64,000 nt of DNA from Hormiphora californensis (lineage: Eukaryota > Animalia > Ctenophora), in NCBI GenBank assembly GCA_020137815.1, contig CM035351.1, forward strand, positions 7,564,001 through 7,628,000, written 5' to 3'. The position numbers and the translations under genes were made by a program. Under the pieces are notes generated by a model that saw only the letters and a list, made by a program, of their open reading frames with translations, had not been told where the DNA came from and did not search any database. Of the stretch, positions 1 through 14,900 are shown piece by piece (the stretch's first letter is position 1; every line of letters begins with the position of its first letter).

Positions 1-23
1 AGTTATAGTTGTCAATACACCGT

Positions 24-587
24 ATATAACCCACCGTGCATCCCCCCCCCGGTATTACGTCCCCCCCCCCCCCGGTATTACGTACATCCCCCCCCCGGTA
101 TTACGTACGTGTAGCGGGTGTAAAAAAGGTAAGACATCCCCCGTATTTGTGAGACCCATCCTCTCTAGTCAATGCAAAGCTGTGAAAGGAAGGCGGTGGT
201 GGTTTGACTCCTCGCAGGACTTCCACCCCGCAGGGCATACAAATCTGATAACATGAGAGGGTCAATTATATCAAATCTATATTATAATTTGGAGATGAAC
301 GACGTCGTGATGGTCGTTCGTTCAGCGGTATCTACGCGACAGGCTGCTCCTTCATAAAACACTTCAATGTGCCCAAAGCTGTAAAGCTGTTACTCCCAGT
401 TTTGGAACTTCCAGTGGAAGTTTGTTAATATTTCGAATGACTTTTAAAATGTCAGTCCCCATAGGTCCAATTCAGTTGCCATGGCAACCGTGTTATTGAC
501 GTTGAAAGGGGCGAAAAGAACCACCCGGCGAAGCCGGGTGGGTTATCAAAAATCCCTTACTTGAGGCGCACCCAATGGGTGCGCTAG
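24..587. mobile_element. Non-autonomous Helitron/Helentron (HINE/DINE-1-like) element
   Basis: Subterminal inverted repeat ATAACCCACC (26-35) / GGTGGGTTAT (537-546). Short tandem (C)nGGTATTACGT repeats near the left end. Hairpin CACCCGGC-GAA-GCCGGGTG, then terminal hairpin GCGCACCCA-A-TGGGTGCGC ending in CTAG|T. Confidence 0.55.
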
Positions 588-673
588 TAATTGTAAAAGA
601 AGGGTTAGAACATAACATCTCCGGCCTGTCACGTCTGCAGTAGTATAGCAGCTATTCACAGCTCCACCCCGTC

Positions 674-970
674 TCAAGGTGTGCAAAGTTTGATTATCAT
701 AGTTACAAGCTGCACCCCCACTATCTACTCACCCCTTGCTCTACCCACTATATATGTATTTCTAAAATGAGGGGTAGACAACTCACCTCCTTCGTCCCAT
801 TCGGTTCAAATGCGGTGGCGTTGGTAATGAATATGTCCAGGACGTCACAACGGATATTCTCATCTAGAGAGCTGTCAGAGAGATCGTGGGAGGGAGGCAG
901 ACCACAGCGGAGGAAGCCGTGTACAAGGCGCTGTTGTTGAATGTTGTCCATTAGCTCACTGAAGTCGAAC
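674..970 (-). CDS. Probable last two exons (970-787, 709-674) of an unidentified gene; upstream exons not resolved
   Basis: Canonical acceptor and donor sites join FDFSELMDNIQQQRLVHGFLRCGLPP...LDIFITNATAFEPNGTKE to LVTMIIKLCTP*. No recognised homology. Confidence 0.35.
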
Positions 971-1266
971 CTATTACATCCATAGAGGGAGAAGGGAGTT
1001 AGAGGGGGAATATATTGTGGCTGTTACAGCGTAAAACAGGGGTAACTTGCTCTGCAAAATTGCAAAACTGCAGAAAATAGAAGAACGGGAGCGAACGAGA
1101 CAAATAAGCGAACGAATAGAAGTGGGCTATATTATATGTCCTAGGTTAGTCAGTCACTTTTACAGCGTGATACACACGGCATTTCGATTGCTTGAATCTC
1201 TCAGTCTTCCACACCATCCACTCAGGCGTCATCCAGGGAATGTTAATTGGTGAATGTTAATGAAGA

Positions 1267-1446
<180 letters not shown>

Positions 1447-1855
1447 AAGGTTGTTGGGTAGAGTGTAGACAAAGATAGAGACACCAGGAAGGACTAATGA
1501 AGGCACGTCTTTGATATTTCAAATCCACTACTTCATTACCACTACTATAATGTGTGTCACTAAGACACAACAAGATATCGATAAAGAGACCCGCATTCTT
1601 GACAAGATCTTTTGTATTGTTATCTTTTATCGCTAGAAAAATATTTGCTACATTCTTGGCTTCGGCCCTATATAACATCTTAGTTTCTTGCTGTATTCTC
1701 ACAACTCACAAATACAATATTGGTGAGACTTCCGCGGACCTCTCATCCCTGAAGGTTATACAGATAGCACCTCTCTTCCACTTTTTTCTTTTTTATATTC
1801 GACCTCATCCTATATAAACCCTCTCGACGTCAATGATCGAGAGAGAAAGATAGAT

Positions 1856-1858
<3 letters not shown>

Positions 1859-1940
<82 letters not shown>
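1859..1940. repeat. (AG)n microsatellite
   Basis: Direct reading. Confidence 0.97.
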
Positions 1941-1942
<2 letters not shown>

Positions 1943-2119
1943 CAAATTGGTTATTTTATTTAGTGCTTTTATTAAACACGACTCACTTTCTGTCAGCATG
2001 TCAGGGGACCCCGCATAAGACAAGGAGAGAGAGAACGAAGAGGAGAGGGAAAGACTAAGACTAAGGTTACCAAAAACATAAAATGATGAGTACAAAGGTC
2101 CGTGTGGATAGGGATGGAG

Positions 2120-2270
2120 AGAGAAAGAAGGGACACAGTGAGGGACAAGGGATAGAGAGAGGGAGAGAAAGAAGGGACAGATAAAGGGAGAGAAAAAAGG
2201 GACACAGTGAGGGACAAGGGACACAGAGAGAGGGAGAGAAAAAAAAGGGACACAGAGAGAGGGAGAGAAA
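2120..2270. repeat. Purine-rich minisatellite (AGGGACACAGTGAGGGACAAGGGA-like units)
   Basis: Several degenerate copies visible. Confidence 0.7.
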
Positions 2271-3572
2271 TAAAATGTTGGTACTACATTAATAAACTGC
2301 AGCCAATGTCACATCTATAGCTTCTTCATAAGCGCTCACTACTTTACATACAGTGCAGTTGTACTGCAGTTTTAGTAATGATTGTATATCTGCAGATAAA
2401 ATTGTCTGAAAAAAGAAGAAGAGTGCAAATGAAACGAGAACCCTGCAGAAAATATGATACTAAAGTAAATTTTAGTGTGTCGGGCATAATGCCACAAATA
2501 TGGCCAGATAAATAGGTGATACTAGAGAAAAGGAGAAGGGTTATATGATAAGTTAGGGAGAAACTAGAACATTCTGCGGTCACAACTCCTTCATATAATA
2601 GCCTAGCTGGGCTCTGGCATTTATAAATCCATTGATAATGTATGTGAATTGGTATTTCAAGAACCAGTCCCTCTGTATGTGTACAACTATAATACAGCAA
2701 ACGGCGAGTAAACAGGCACAGCATATAAAAGTTGACAGATTTTACGAATAACTTTGCAGTGATCACATTAAGTAACGAGCAGATCTTCACCTAAAGGACA
2801 TGAGACGCCACGGTGACATACAATCGTACGGGCTGCTCGGCGTCGACATGACTAGCTGAAAGTTGTAGATCTTTTATTATACGTTTGCTGCGTGGATTTT
2901 ATAGCACTTGCGAGAAAAGGATGTAGAGTTGGTAAAGTCTCTCTCCCCTCCCTTTCTCTTTCTCTCTCTCTCTCTTTCTCGAGCTAAGATAAATAGCGGC
3001 CCAGAGAGATTGTTGCTTCTTTGACGTAAAACAAAGTAATTGTTTTCTTCCCTTTTCTTGTAATTGGGCGTATGATTCCGGTCTTGGTAGTCTTAAATGG
3101 TTCATTCCCCCCCAGTCACGAAAACAACGGAGGGAACGGAAAGAGGTTTCGGAATATTTGTGAAGATGGTTGAGCTGAAATTGATGAAACCTGGAAAAGC
3201 AAAGGGCTTCTGATATTCAGTTTATTCAATGATGATATCAAATGATGATGTATTCAATATGTGACTCAAAATCAATAGCTCCTTGTGATTTCTAAAAATC
3301 TCACCATAGGAGGCCCGCAACCCAAGTTTAGTCAAGTAATTTCAGATTGGACCGAGGCTGTATATTAAATTGCACTTTCAGGGGTAAGAGCACCGTCTGA
3401 AAGGGATAAAAAATCAAATTTGAAAGGAAGGCTGAGATATATCCCCACCGTGGCCGTTCATGGCGTGGGTTTGTTAGTGATGGTTCGAGATTAATTGCAG
3501 TCGAATAACGGTACCGTGCCGAAAAGCAAACACCACGTTCTTCTTCTTCGGAATGAAACAACGGTGTTATTC

Positions 3573-3575
<3 letters not shown>

Positions 3576-3668
<93 letters not shown>

Positions 3669-3690
3669 GAGAAATAGATAGATAGATAGA
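3576..3690. repeat. (AG)n plus (GATA)n microsatellite
   Basis: Direct reading. Confidence 0.95.
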
Positions 3691-5589
3691 TTGAAGGTGG
3701 GAGATAATGATAGAGAGCGAGCGAGAGAGGGAGGCAACGTACTTTAAGAAAAGCTTTTACTCAGTCCTCTCGCTCTGACTCTCAAATGCATTATGTTTCT
3801 TCGTGTGTGTGTGTGTGTGTGTGTGACTGGAGAGACTGCTCACTCAGCGGCAATTATATTGCCTTGAGAGAAAGAGCGACTGAGTGAAAATATGTAGCTA
3901 AAATTGTTCGCGTATCACTGATCACATTTGTTTCAGGACTGAACAGTTGGGCTACATATAATACATTATACAGTAAATATAAGAGTTATCAAAGTGTTAC
4001 CAGAGCGGAACCAAATCGATACAAAAGTGTGACCTGTCTTCAGAATAATATCTAATTCATTTCAGGGAGGTGTACATATTTAGACATGATTCTAAAATTA
4101 GAGCATTTGACAAACTATGGGCATCCATAAAGTAAGGGATAATGCTCAGTTTGGATCGGCAATTTTAGTTTTATATTTGATAAAATATGTTAAATACTCC
4201 AGTTTTTTGGGGTCACGGTTGAGTAATGCGTTCGTGGTCTCAGGTCTGTTACAGATTTAAATTTATTGATTTATGATGGAGTGTTGAGATCTGCGACAGA
4301 AAGAGAGCTGCAACGAAGTGAATAAATTAAAATATCATTAAAACTACTTTATAGGTTTAGTGTTTTGATGGGTTAGTGACTTTGAATGAACTATTCATGA
4401 AAGAAATAATTAAAACCTTTATTTGTAAATAAAACCTTGATATGATTCAATTGTACCTATCTCAATCATAATTTGAAAATAGACGTCGAACACATTTTCT
4501 AAGCAACATATTGACATCATAATACTGCGCCCAAACAAGTGAAGCTAACATTCACTCTGTTTGAGATATATATCATCGAATAAATTATCGAATAAACTCC
4601 CCACGTTTATGCTCCACTCCCTGATGAGGAGAAATACACGATACGACATGGACCTCCTAACCTCTAAATTTGAAGCCTCTATCTCTATCAGTATCTCTAT
4701 AATAACCAAAAAGACGCCGTTTTTGTCAATAATGAGTTATTATTGACGAAAAAGGCGAATTTTTGGTTAACCTTATACACGAGTCAGTAGTCACGGTCCA
4801 CAGACCCACTCACGGGCGTGATTATAATCTGGATGCCTTGCAGCGTGTTTACAGGTGCAGTGCCCGCTACCAAAAAAAGTACACCTAAAACCACTTAGAC
4901 CGACTTTTTTGAAACGGCTATAGCCACGCAACCACATGGCCGATTTGAGTAAACTAAACGGTATCTGATAGAGAATCGATATCCCTAACCGATAACCCGA
5001 AACAAAGTCCTAACCCGACCCTAACAATAGCCCTAACCCGTCTCGACCGCCAAAATCGATGAATTGTTAGCAATGGAAAGCACCCAGATTTTAACGTTTT
5101 CCCCCACTCACACATACCAGCAAAGAGTGGTTCAGGGGACTTGGAGTGGCAGAGCGACTTGGAGGTGAGAGGGTAATTGATTGAGAGGGAGAAATAGAGA
5201 AACATTTGTGTGATGTCAGAGAGAGCAAGATATACAATACATGGGGGATAGAAATCCAATTTTTTAAGGAAATGTCGATGATCGATCCCAAAACCCCAAC
5301 CCCGAACCCGTTACCCGAATTCCACAGGGCAGCCATAACCCATTACTGGTAACCCTTACCCTATTTTAGCTCCAAATCTAAAACCGTGAGTGCTGACACC
5401 CAGATTCTAATCGAAAAGTGCTACAATGAGGTCTGCATAGCCAAAGATTTCTGATTTTAACTGTTCCAAAGATTTTAGTTTTTAACGTTTTCCTTGGCAA
5501 ACGTTGCTGGCCCCCAGCGCGGGATAAGGCAGCGCTTTTTTTTATTTCAAACGTTTTCCGTTCAAACGTTTTCCGTTCGAGCAAAAAAA

Positions 5590-5705
5590 CTGACGCGCGA
5601 CGATTTCAAAAACGCGCGAGATACGTAACACGCATTTATTGGTAATATGCGATGCATGCGGCGCGCTCGCGCTCATTGAAAAATTAAGGTTTGAAATCAA
5701 ATCCG
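5590..5705 (+). promoter_or_regulatory. CGCG-rich putative promoter of TFIP11
   Basis: Cluster of ACGCGCG/GCGCGC with TTCAAA/TTTGAA motifs about 450 bp upstream of the ATG, in an otherwise AT-rich background. Confidence 0.4.
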
Positions 5706-6134
5706 GCTTTTTAAAATTTTTTTAAACTTCACTTTTTCATTTCGATTTCCGTAATCCGTGCTTGCATTTTGTAATGCCCACTGTTTATCCACCACGATTT
5801 GGCATTAACCAGCGATCTTATCTTGATCACAATAGCTTTGAGTTTAAATTTGATTGATTATGTTAGATAACCCTTTTGAAATAGTTGGGCTTTTGAGATT
5901 TTCAGGGAAATATCCTCCGAGTAAACGACCAGGAATACGAATTGCGATGAAGTGTGGTTTGTTTAACACTTAATGCATTCAGACTTCAGTTTTCCACAAC
6001 ATTGGGTTCCTCAGACTGTTCATCAACCTCTAATACGGTAAATTTCGTTGCTACAATAGGCAACCGCCTTGTCAATAAGACATAAGCCTGCAATTGAACC
6101 CTCTCTGCACTAATCCCATTTTATCCTTTAGACC

Positions 6135-8576
6135 ATGGCTGACCAAATATCCGATGGATCGGAGGAAGAATACGGAGGGGATGAGTTTCAAGATGAAGAG
6201 GATCAACATCAAAATCCAGAGGACGAAGAGTTTGATGAAATGGAAGGAGTATCCCGTGCTGATTGGGAGTTTGCTATGAACCCTCTGGGCATGAAGGGGA
6301 GGAAGTTCACGAAGGATGATGCAATTTATGGGATGTGGAATGATAGTGATGAGGAGGCCGAGGAGGACGATGGTAACTTCCAACAGAAAAAGAAGAAGTC
6401 CTCCTCAACTAGAGGGATTTCGTTTATCTCTTCTCGTTCCACCCTTGAGGACGAGAAGAAGAAGGCGAAACCCCGGAAGGAGGTGTCTGGGAAGAATGAT
6501 GGGAGGGTCAGCAAGGACTATGCCTCGTGGGAAAAGTTCACTACAGGAGCGGGTAGTAAACTAATGGCCAAGATGGGATATATTCCTGGTCAAGGTCTTG
6601 GAAAATCTGGAAAGGGAGTCGTTGAGCCGATTACTGCTCACCTTCGGAAAGGAAGAAATGCGGGTATGGGATACCATGGGGCCGAGAAAAAGACTGGTCC
6701 ACAGTCAACAGAAAGAGTATCGGCTAAGAAAGCCCATGCTGAACGCTATGAAGATGAGGGTGTGGAAGAGGAGGACACAGAACCTCAGTGGAAGAAAACC
6801 AATGAGAAGATAAAATACAATTACAAAACAGTGGATCAGGTGCTCTCGGAGGGACTGTTCAAGAGTACAAGTGGCAGTGTTAACAAGACCAAGGTTATTG
6901 ACATGACTGGCCCTCAGGTGAAGGAGTACGAGGGGTATGGGCAGATCCACACCCAGGCCGTTAAAGTGGGGGCAACTGGGTTCACGGGCCGAGCTGACAT
7001 AGACAAATCGAAATACTTCTGCCCCGAACTTATGTACAACATCAACATGTTGGTAGACTCATCCGAATCGGATCTTCTGGCTTCCCACCGTTCGTTGCAG
7101 TACGAAAAGGATAAGGTTGTTAATCTGCAATATGATAGGGACCAGGCTCAGGATACGGCAACACGACAACGGCGAAATCTCACTTCCATCCTCGATGTAA
7201 CGCAGTTAATGGATGAGATTGAGCTACGGGAGCAACCTGGTTCAGATCGACCCATCTCTGTAGATGAATGTGAAACGATCTTCAAACAGTTGAAAATGAA
7301 CAAAGAGGTGTATACTCGGTACAACTTGAAAGATGTCCTTCCAAGCGTCTTGTATCCCAAATTGAGAGAAATGATGCGTCTCTGGCAGCCTCCTCTCAAC
7401 CCTGCGTTCGCATTTGATATCTTCCTGACATGGAGAGATTTGTTGGAGGAAAACCCGAAGGCAGGATGTCGATCCTCCATGGACCCCTACCATCACATGC
7501 TATGGGAAGTGTGGATGCCCTACATGAGACTAGCGGTGCAAAACTGGAATCCCCGCGAGTCAGGTCCACTTCTGGCGATGATCAACACCTGGTCGCCCAT
7601 CCTCCCAACATGGATATCCAACAACATTATCTACACCCTCATCCAACCACGCCTTCACACCGAGGTCACTCAGTGGAGCCCAACTGCAGATACCGTCCCC
7701 ATACATTCATGGTTGCAACCTTGGATAAACTTTATTAGAGATGGAATGGCGGATATATACCCGGTAATCAGGCAGAAGCTGGCTAATGCCCTGACCGAAT
7801 GGCACCCATCTGACCCCTCGGCCAAGCTCATTATTCAACCATGGAAGCCAGTCTGGACCCAGGGCTCGATGGATACTTTCCTGCTGCGATGCATTGTACC
7901 CAAACTGTCCCAGGCCTTGGGTGAGCTAGTTATTAACCCCAATCATCAGATCTTGGACCAGTTCACGTGGACGATCAATTGGTCTGACATGATATCACCT
8001 GTCCACTTGGGGTCAGTATTCGAAAAGCATTTCTTCCCTAAATTCACTGCAATCCTGAAAACATGGTTGAGCAGCTCCCCAAATTACAACGAGGTTATAA
8101 TGTGGTACCAGGGATGGAAGGGTTTGTTTCCCGGAAATCTTCTCCAAACACCCTCAATTAGAAACAACTTCCACCACTGCCTCGACATGATGAACAAATC
8201 AGTGTCTTCCAGTGTGTCTCTCAATCATCCTGGGGCCCGGGAAACAGTGATGTACTTTACCAATGCAGAAAAGAAGGGTGAGAGTGATGCGACGTATAGA
8301 AACACGGTTCCTCCAGCTCCCCTTCCCTCCGCTGTTCCACCTCCTCCCCCTCCACCTCCAGCGCAGCTGACTTTCAAGGATGTACTGATCAGACAGGCCC
8401 AGGATCACAATGTCGTGTTCATGCCTCTACCAGGGCGGTATCACGAGGGCAAATCGCTTTACAAATTCGGTAGTTCCACCTTATACTTGGACAAAAATGT
8501 TGCATACGTTCAAATGCATCCGAACGAGTTTCAGCCGATGTCTTTAGCGAAACTCTTGGAAACAGCTAAGACATGA
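6135..8576 (+). CDS. TFIP11: Tuftelin-interacting protein 11 (Spp382/Ntr1), spliceosome disassembly factor; single coding exon, 813 aa
   Basis: N-terminal 'DAIYGMW' motif, G-patch ([29 protein letters not shown]) and GCFC domain ([21 protein letters not shown]). Confidence 0.96.
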   Translation: MADQISDGSEEEYGGDEFQDEEDQHQNPEDEEFDEMEGVSRADWEFAMNPLGMKGRKFTKDDAIYGMWNDSDEEAEEDDGNFQQKKKKSSSTRGISFISSRSTLEDEKKKAKPRKEVSGKNDGRVSKDYASWEKFTTGAGSKLMAKMGYIPGQGLGKSGKGVVEPITAHLRKGRNAGMGYHGAEKKTGPQSTERVSAKKAHAERYEDEGVEEEDTEPQWKKTNEKIKYNYKTVDQVLSEGLFKSTSGSVNKTKVIDMTGPQVKEYEGYGQIHTQAVKVGATGFTGRADIDKSKYFCPELMYNINMLVDSSESDLLASHRSLQYEKDKVVNLQYDRDQAQDTATRQRRNLTSILDVTQLMDEIELREQPGSDRPISVDECETIFKQLKMNKEVYTRYNLKDVLPSVLYPKLREMMRLWQPPLNPAFAFDIFLTWRDLLEENPKAGCRSSMDPYHHMLWEVWMPYMRLAVQNWNPRESGPLLAMINTWSPILPTWISNNIIYTLIQPRLHTEVTQWSPTADTVPIHSWLQPWINFIRDGMADIYPVIRQKLANALTEWHPSDPSAKLIIQPWKPVWTQGSMDTFLLRCIVPKLSQALGELVINPNHQILDQFTWTINWSDMISPVHLGSVFEKHFFPKFTAILKTWLSSSPNYNEVIMWYQGWKGLFPGNLLQTPSIRNNFHHCLDMMNKSVSSSVSLNHPGARETVMYFTNAEKKGESDATYRNTVPPAPLPSAVPPPPPPPPAQLTFKDVLIRQAQDHNVVFMPLPGRYHEGKSLYKFGSSTLYLDKNVAYVQMHPNEFQPMSLAKLLETAKT

Positions 8577-8979
8577 TTGATTGGGCAGCCGTGTGTGTCT
8601 TGTTGGTTTTAACTTTATAATATATGATTAATTTATGTTTTTATTTACATCTTTTCAGAATGAATTTATTCAAAGAGAGCTCTTTCATGTTTTTATTCAT
8701 ATTTCTTACTACACCCCCATTCTCTTACCCTGCACCACACAACTTTAAACGCCATCTTTTCACTCCAATTTATTTAGACAGCGATTAAGTAAACACAAAG
8801 ATGCTCTAATCTACAAATCTAATGATCAATCGATAACTTCATTAAATATCATTGCGTCTATCACAAATCCAACCTTCCTCTCTCTCTTCCTCTCATTATA
8901 TGATGCTTTAAAATTCACTAGAACACCTTGTTTCCCTGTTTTAAATTCTCATCTTCCTAACACAACAGCTGTAGCAGGG

Positions 8980-11900
8980 ATGACTTACCCCAATCAAGCT
9001 AATCCCCACGGAATGAAGCAACGGGACCTGGAGGCCTTTTGGGCGGAGTTAAAAATTGGAATTGATCAGGTATAGTAGAAGGGTAGATTTGCATTATAAT
9101 ATATTCCTGATATATAAGCGGGAGTTATAACAAGTTCATGTGTTGCCACGTTGTTTATGAGTCTCATGATTAATACAGTTAATGTGATTGATAGGGACAA
9201 AAGTCGAGAAGTTTTTTCTAAATAAATCAACGAGTCTCCTTTTGTCCCTATCAATCACATTAACTGTATTAAGCGGGAGTTATCCTGTAAAATACCTCAC
9301 CATGTCTGCCCTGTATAAAATACATATAGTCTAGTGAAAACATGTTTTGACCCCCGAAATTTTTGATGAATTTATAATTCCTTCACCAAAATGTCCTCAA
9401 AGGCCTTCTGGGTGAGATTCCAAAAGTCTACCAACCAAATCCTGGGGGAAGTACCCTTAATTGGCCCTAATTGGCTTGATGGTATAACTCGCCAATTTTG
9501 CTAACTCAGCTCTGGAGCGTCGTAGAGACCTTTCATTGGTCGCAATCGATCCGGAATATATGATTTTATATTAGTGCTATGAAGGTCCGAAGTCGCTATC
9601 TCTAACCGTTTAGCCGCTAATTGGATTTAACTGATTGATTGGACTTAATTGGGACCCTCGTATCTCAGCTCAGGGACATCGTAGAGACTTTTCATTAGTC
9701 GAAAACTGACCGGAATGTGCAAGTTTATATTAGTGCTATGAAGGTCCAAAGTCGCTATCTCCAACCGTTTAGCCGGAAATCGAACTTCTTTAAAACCGTT
9801 TTGCGCATGGTTATTGGGTTTGTAAGATTTTCTGTTTCTCAGCGCAGGAGCGTCGTAGAGACTTGATTCCGGTTGCAAACGAACCGGAATACCCAAGTTT
9901 ATATTGACGCTATGAAGGTCCGAAGTCGCTATCTCCAACCAATTAGCCGTAAATTGGACTTAATTGACCTTAATTGGGCGAAATAGCCAAATAGACCGCA
10001 AATTAGTGGCAAAATGTCTAACAAGCTAATTCCTTCACTAAGTGACCCTAATGGGTCCCCCGAATCACCAAAAAAAATCATGGCCGATCGGAGTTGCAGA
10101 AGACCCTTATTTCCGGGTGGGCGCGGCACCAGTATTTTCAGGCAGATGCCAAAAACGTAACTTTCCTTTGGGAAGGAGTAGAGACAAATCTAAGGACATT
10201 AAAATGTGTAGCGTCCTCGCATTAGTGGGGGTAGACGCCCATAAAAAGTTCCTATCTCATTTTGTTAATTGGTTAATTAGATAATTAGTTGTGCGCATAG
10301 CCATATTTCCGATATTATACGGTTTAAATGGCTCAGTCATGAATAAGGACCTGTTTTTGACCGCTGAACACGATTATTCAAGCAATATAATGGAACTCAG
10401 AGGTGTGAAAAGTGTCTTAATTAGGCAAAATTGGATATAATTGGGTATAATTGGGTACGTTGACCATACATTATCTTACTAGATACACCCTAAAACCCAC
10501 TTAAATATCTCCTAAAGCTCTCCCAGAACCCGGTAAGAGCCTCCTTAATACCCCTCAGACATTTCTAGATACCCTCAAAATCCACTAGATAGCCCTCAGA
10601 ATTAACTAGATACTCCTCCGATCCTTCAGATACCCTCAGACGGGCATCAGACTCTGAGGCTCAGAGGCCACTAGATACCCCCTAGAATCACTAGTATGTG
10701 TCAATCACATCGTATTGACGTCACCCAGCGCCCTCAGAATCCACTAGATGCCACTCAGACCGTACTGGATACCCCTCAGACCCTACCTGATACATATCAG
10801 ACCGTGCTAGATACCTGATACCCCTCTGATCCTCCCATTTAACTCTTAGACCATTCTAGTTATTTCTCTGACTCTACCTGAAATCCCTCAGGCAGTGCTA
10901 AATGGCCCTTTGACTCTACTAGACCCTAACTAGATATGTATTACCTCTCAGACCATAAAAGATGCCCCTTAGACCATGCCAGATACTACCAATATACGCC
11001 TTAGCTGCTTAGACCCTGCTAGATACTCACATATCCAACTAGCTACACCTTAGACCTTTCTAGATATCTCTTAGGCACTTCTAGACGCTCCAGACTCTAT
11101 TAGAAATCTCTCATACCCATCTAGAAACCCTGAGGGCCTCGCAAAAGCCTAAGCATATACTCCTCATACCCTTCTAAAAACCCTTTTGACCCTAACTAGT
11201 AGTAGAAGTGTCTGGGGGTATTTAGTGGAGTCGGATGGGTATCTAGTAGAGTCTGACGCCTTTTTAGTGGGATTTAGAATCTACTAGATGCCCCTCAGGC
11301 TGTGCTATATATTCCACTAAGACTCTACTAGATACTTTTAGAGCCAATTGGATACCCCTCATAATCAACTAGATGCCATTCAGATTATGTTACTTTAGAG
11401 CCAAGAGTCGTGTAGATACATCTGTGACCATGCTAGTTTTGGTAATAAGGGGGTTCTAGAAGTGTATGAGGGGTATTTAGGATGCCCTGATGGGTTCTTG
11501 AAGGGCATAAGAGATATCGAAAAGTGTTTGGGGACGTCTATAAGTACCTAAGAGATATCTAGAAAGGTCCAAGGTGTAGCTAGTTTGATCTGGGAGTATC
11601 TAGCAGGGTCTGTGGCGTATATTAGTAGTTTCTAGCAGGGTCTTAGGGGCATCTAGTATAGTAGGGTCTGAGGGGCGTCTAGTAGGGTAGAGGGGCATCT
11701 AAAATGGTCTATATGTTGTATTGGAGGGTCAGAGGGGTATCAGGTGAGATATTAGGGTATCTAATAGGGTCTGAGGGGTATCCAGTACGGTCTGTGTGGC
11801 ATCTAGTGGATTCTGAGGGCGCTGGGTGACGTCAATACGATGTGGTTGACACATACTAGTGATTCTAGGGGGTATCTAGTGGCCTCTGAGCCTCAGAGTC

Positions 11901-14900
11901 TGAGGCCCGTCTGAGGGTATCTGAAGGATCGGAGGAGTATCTAGTTAATTCTGAGGGCTATCTAGTGGATTTTGAGGGTATCTAGAAATGTCTGAGGGGT
12001 ATTAAGGAGGCTCTGACCGGGTTCTGGGAGAGCTTTAGGAGATATTTAAGTGGGTTTTAGGGTGTATCTAGTAAGATAATGTATGGTCAACGTACCCAAT
12101 TATACCCAATTATATCCAATTTTGCCTAATTAAGACACTTTTCACACCTCTGAGTTCCATTATATTGCTTGAATAATCGTGTTCAGCGGTCAAAAACAGG
12201 TCCTTATTCATGACTGAGCCATTTAAACCGTATAATATCGGAAATATGGCTATGCGCACAACTAATTATCTAATTAACCAATTAACAAAATGAGATAGGA
12301 ACTTTTTATGGGCGTCTACCCCCACTAATGCGAGGACGCTACACATTTTAATGTCCTTAGATTTGTCTCTACTCCTTCCCAAAGGAAAGTTACGTTTTTG
12401 GCATCTGCCTGAAAATACTGGTGCCGCGCCCACCCGGAAATAAGGGTCTTCTGCAACTCCGATCGGCCATGATTTTTTTTGGTGATTCGGGGGACCCATT
12501 AGGGTCACTTAGTGAAGGAATTAGCTTGTTAGACATTTTGCCACTAATTTGCGGTCTATTTGGCTATTTCGCCCAATTAAGGTCAATTAAGTCCAATTTA
12601 CGGCTAATTGGTTGGAGATAGCGACTTCGGACCTTCATAGCGTCAATATAAACTTGGGTATTCCGGTTCGTTTGCAACCGGAATCAAGTCTCTACGACGC
12701 TCCTGAGCTGAGAAACAGAAAATCTTACAAACCCAATAACCATGCGCAAAACGGTTTTAAAGAAGTTCGATTTCCGGCTAAACGGTTGGAGATAGCGACT
12801 TTGGACCTTCATAGCACTAATATAAACTTGCACATTCCGGTCAGTTTCCGACCAATGAAAAGTCTCTACGATGTCCCTGAGCTGAGATACGAGGGTCCCA
12901 ATTAAGTCCAATCAATCAGTTAAATCCAATTAGCGGCTAAACGGTTAGAGATAGCGACTTCGGACCTTCATAGCACTAATATAAAATCATATATTCCGGA
13001 TCGATTGCGACCAATGAAAGGTCTCTACGACGCTCCAGAGCTGAGTTAGCAAAATTGGCGAGTTATACCATCAAGCCAATTAGGGCCAATTAAGGGTACT
13101 TCCCCCAGGAGTTGGTTGGTAGACTTTTGGGATCTCACCCAGAAGGCCTTTGAGGACATTTTGGTGAAGGAATTATAAATGCATCAAAAATTTCGGGGGT
13201 CGACCCCTTTTTTACACGTTTTCACTAGACTACATAGCAATGAGATGTAAAACGTATGTGCAATTACGTGTGTGAGCGATTATCCAAGAGATCTCTCAGC
13301 GATGTTTATTTTGATAAGTTCAGCACCCACTGTATATCATCACTATCTCTAACTTCCCATTCTCCTCTAACTCACCCTCCCTCCCTTCCATTACCAATGA
13401 GTGGTATCCTGGGGGTATCCTAACTCTCGATCCCTCCCTTCCATTACCAATGAGTGGTATCCTAACTCACCACTCGATCCCCGCTAGGTCTACAACAAGG
13501 AGAATATCGACAGGAAGCGTTACATGCAGCTCTACTCGTGTGCCTACGACTACTGTGCGAATGTGACGGGGGATACCACCGCCAAGGCAGATCTACCTCG
13601 AGTAACCAGGAAACCATCCAAACCGGGCACCAACAAGCAACAGGGTAAGGGGATGATGTGTGTCGTGATAAAGAAGACGCTACTGCCTGCACTTTGTGTT
13701 AGAGATAGATAGCCCATTTATCCCGCCCCCATTTATCCCGTACTTTCCCCAGGTGCCAGGTTTATTGGGCTGGAGCTGTACAAACGAATCAAGGACTACC
13801 TGGAATTACACTTGCAAACGTGCAGAGAGAAAATTGTGAGTTTAACACACACATATTCATGTGTGAAAGTTAGATTCTGTCAGACCCTGTTTTACTTGTT
13901 TAAACACGGCCAGTTCAAATGACGTCTGTAAAATTATTTCGAACTCCTTCATGAGAAGATCGGTTGATTTTATCTTGCGGCGTGTAGATCATACAGACTT
14001 ATATTAGGTAGAATCCTTCCTTCACATTCTTTCTGTTTCTAACAATACATCAACTGTTCATACCTCTGTTTCTGTCTCGGAATCCGGAATGAAAAGTTGG
14101 GACTCGCGTCACATATTGCTTCTGCTATTTTCAGATGGAGAAAGATCTCCAAGATGAGCTACTACTGGAGCACTATACCAAGCAATGGTCTGACTTCAAA
14201 TTCAGCTCCCGAGTACTAAATGGTATTTGCCAATATCTGAACAGACACTGGGTGAAGAGGAAGCGAGAGGAGGGCAACAAACGAATATACGAGATATCTG
14301 ATGTAAGTGGCATACTTGATAATATCATAGCGCTCGCAAGCGCCAATATTAGGCCAGGAAACATATTTGGGGTGAGAGTAGCACCATTGCATTTATTAGC
14401 AGAGTTACTCCTTCAAAATAAATAATTTATGCGCCCAAACAATTAAAGCTAATTTTCATTCTACTGGAAGTTTAAATTGTAGCAAAAGTTTAACTGAAAT
14501 TAGTGGATGTGGCTGTGCTAATTTCGACTGCACTGTATAATATGTACGATATCTTGGTTTCGTGTCTTTGTAGGTTAGGGGTTATGATAGGGGTTAGGTA
14601 ATGATATGTGTAGGATGTAAAAAGGGCGTGGCCCAAAAAACCCATGTTCTCCACTTCGGATCGCAGAGAAAAAATCGTTGGTGTTTCTACCCGGGACCTA
14701 TTAGGACATATCACACAATGCAAGATGAATCGCTTTGATAACTCTCGTTTCATTCTCATTTTGATCTTTGTCTACTGATGATTGGTGCCTCCTCGTGGGG
14801 CATCATGAAACATGTGTATAGACCTTAAAAACTTCCGTTGTTTTTAATTTGTAACTCTCGTTTCCCTAAAATGCCTAGATTGACCGGACTAATAGTAAAT

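Noticed and set aside
165-380. Possible further minus-strand exons
   Set aside because: They lie inside the Helitron-like element and downstream of the inferred stop at 674-676.
4975-5365. CCCTAA-like motifs as telomeric sequence or a telomerase template
   Set aside because: Scattered and degenerate rather than a tandem array; more consistent with the interior of a repeat element.
9645-12905. Mirror-image ORF pairs (97, 66 and 80 aa)
   Set aside because: Products of the foldback arms, with no transposase or other recognisable motifs.
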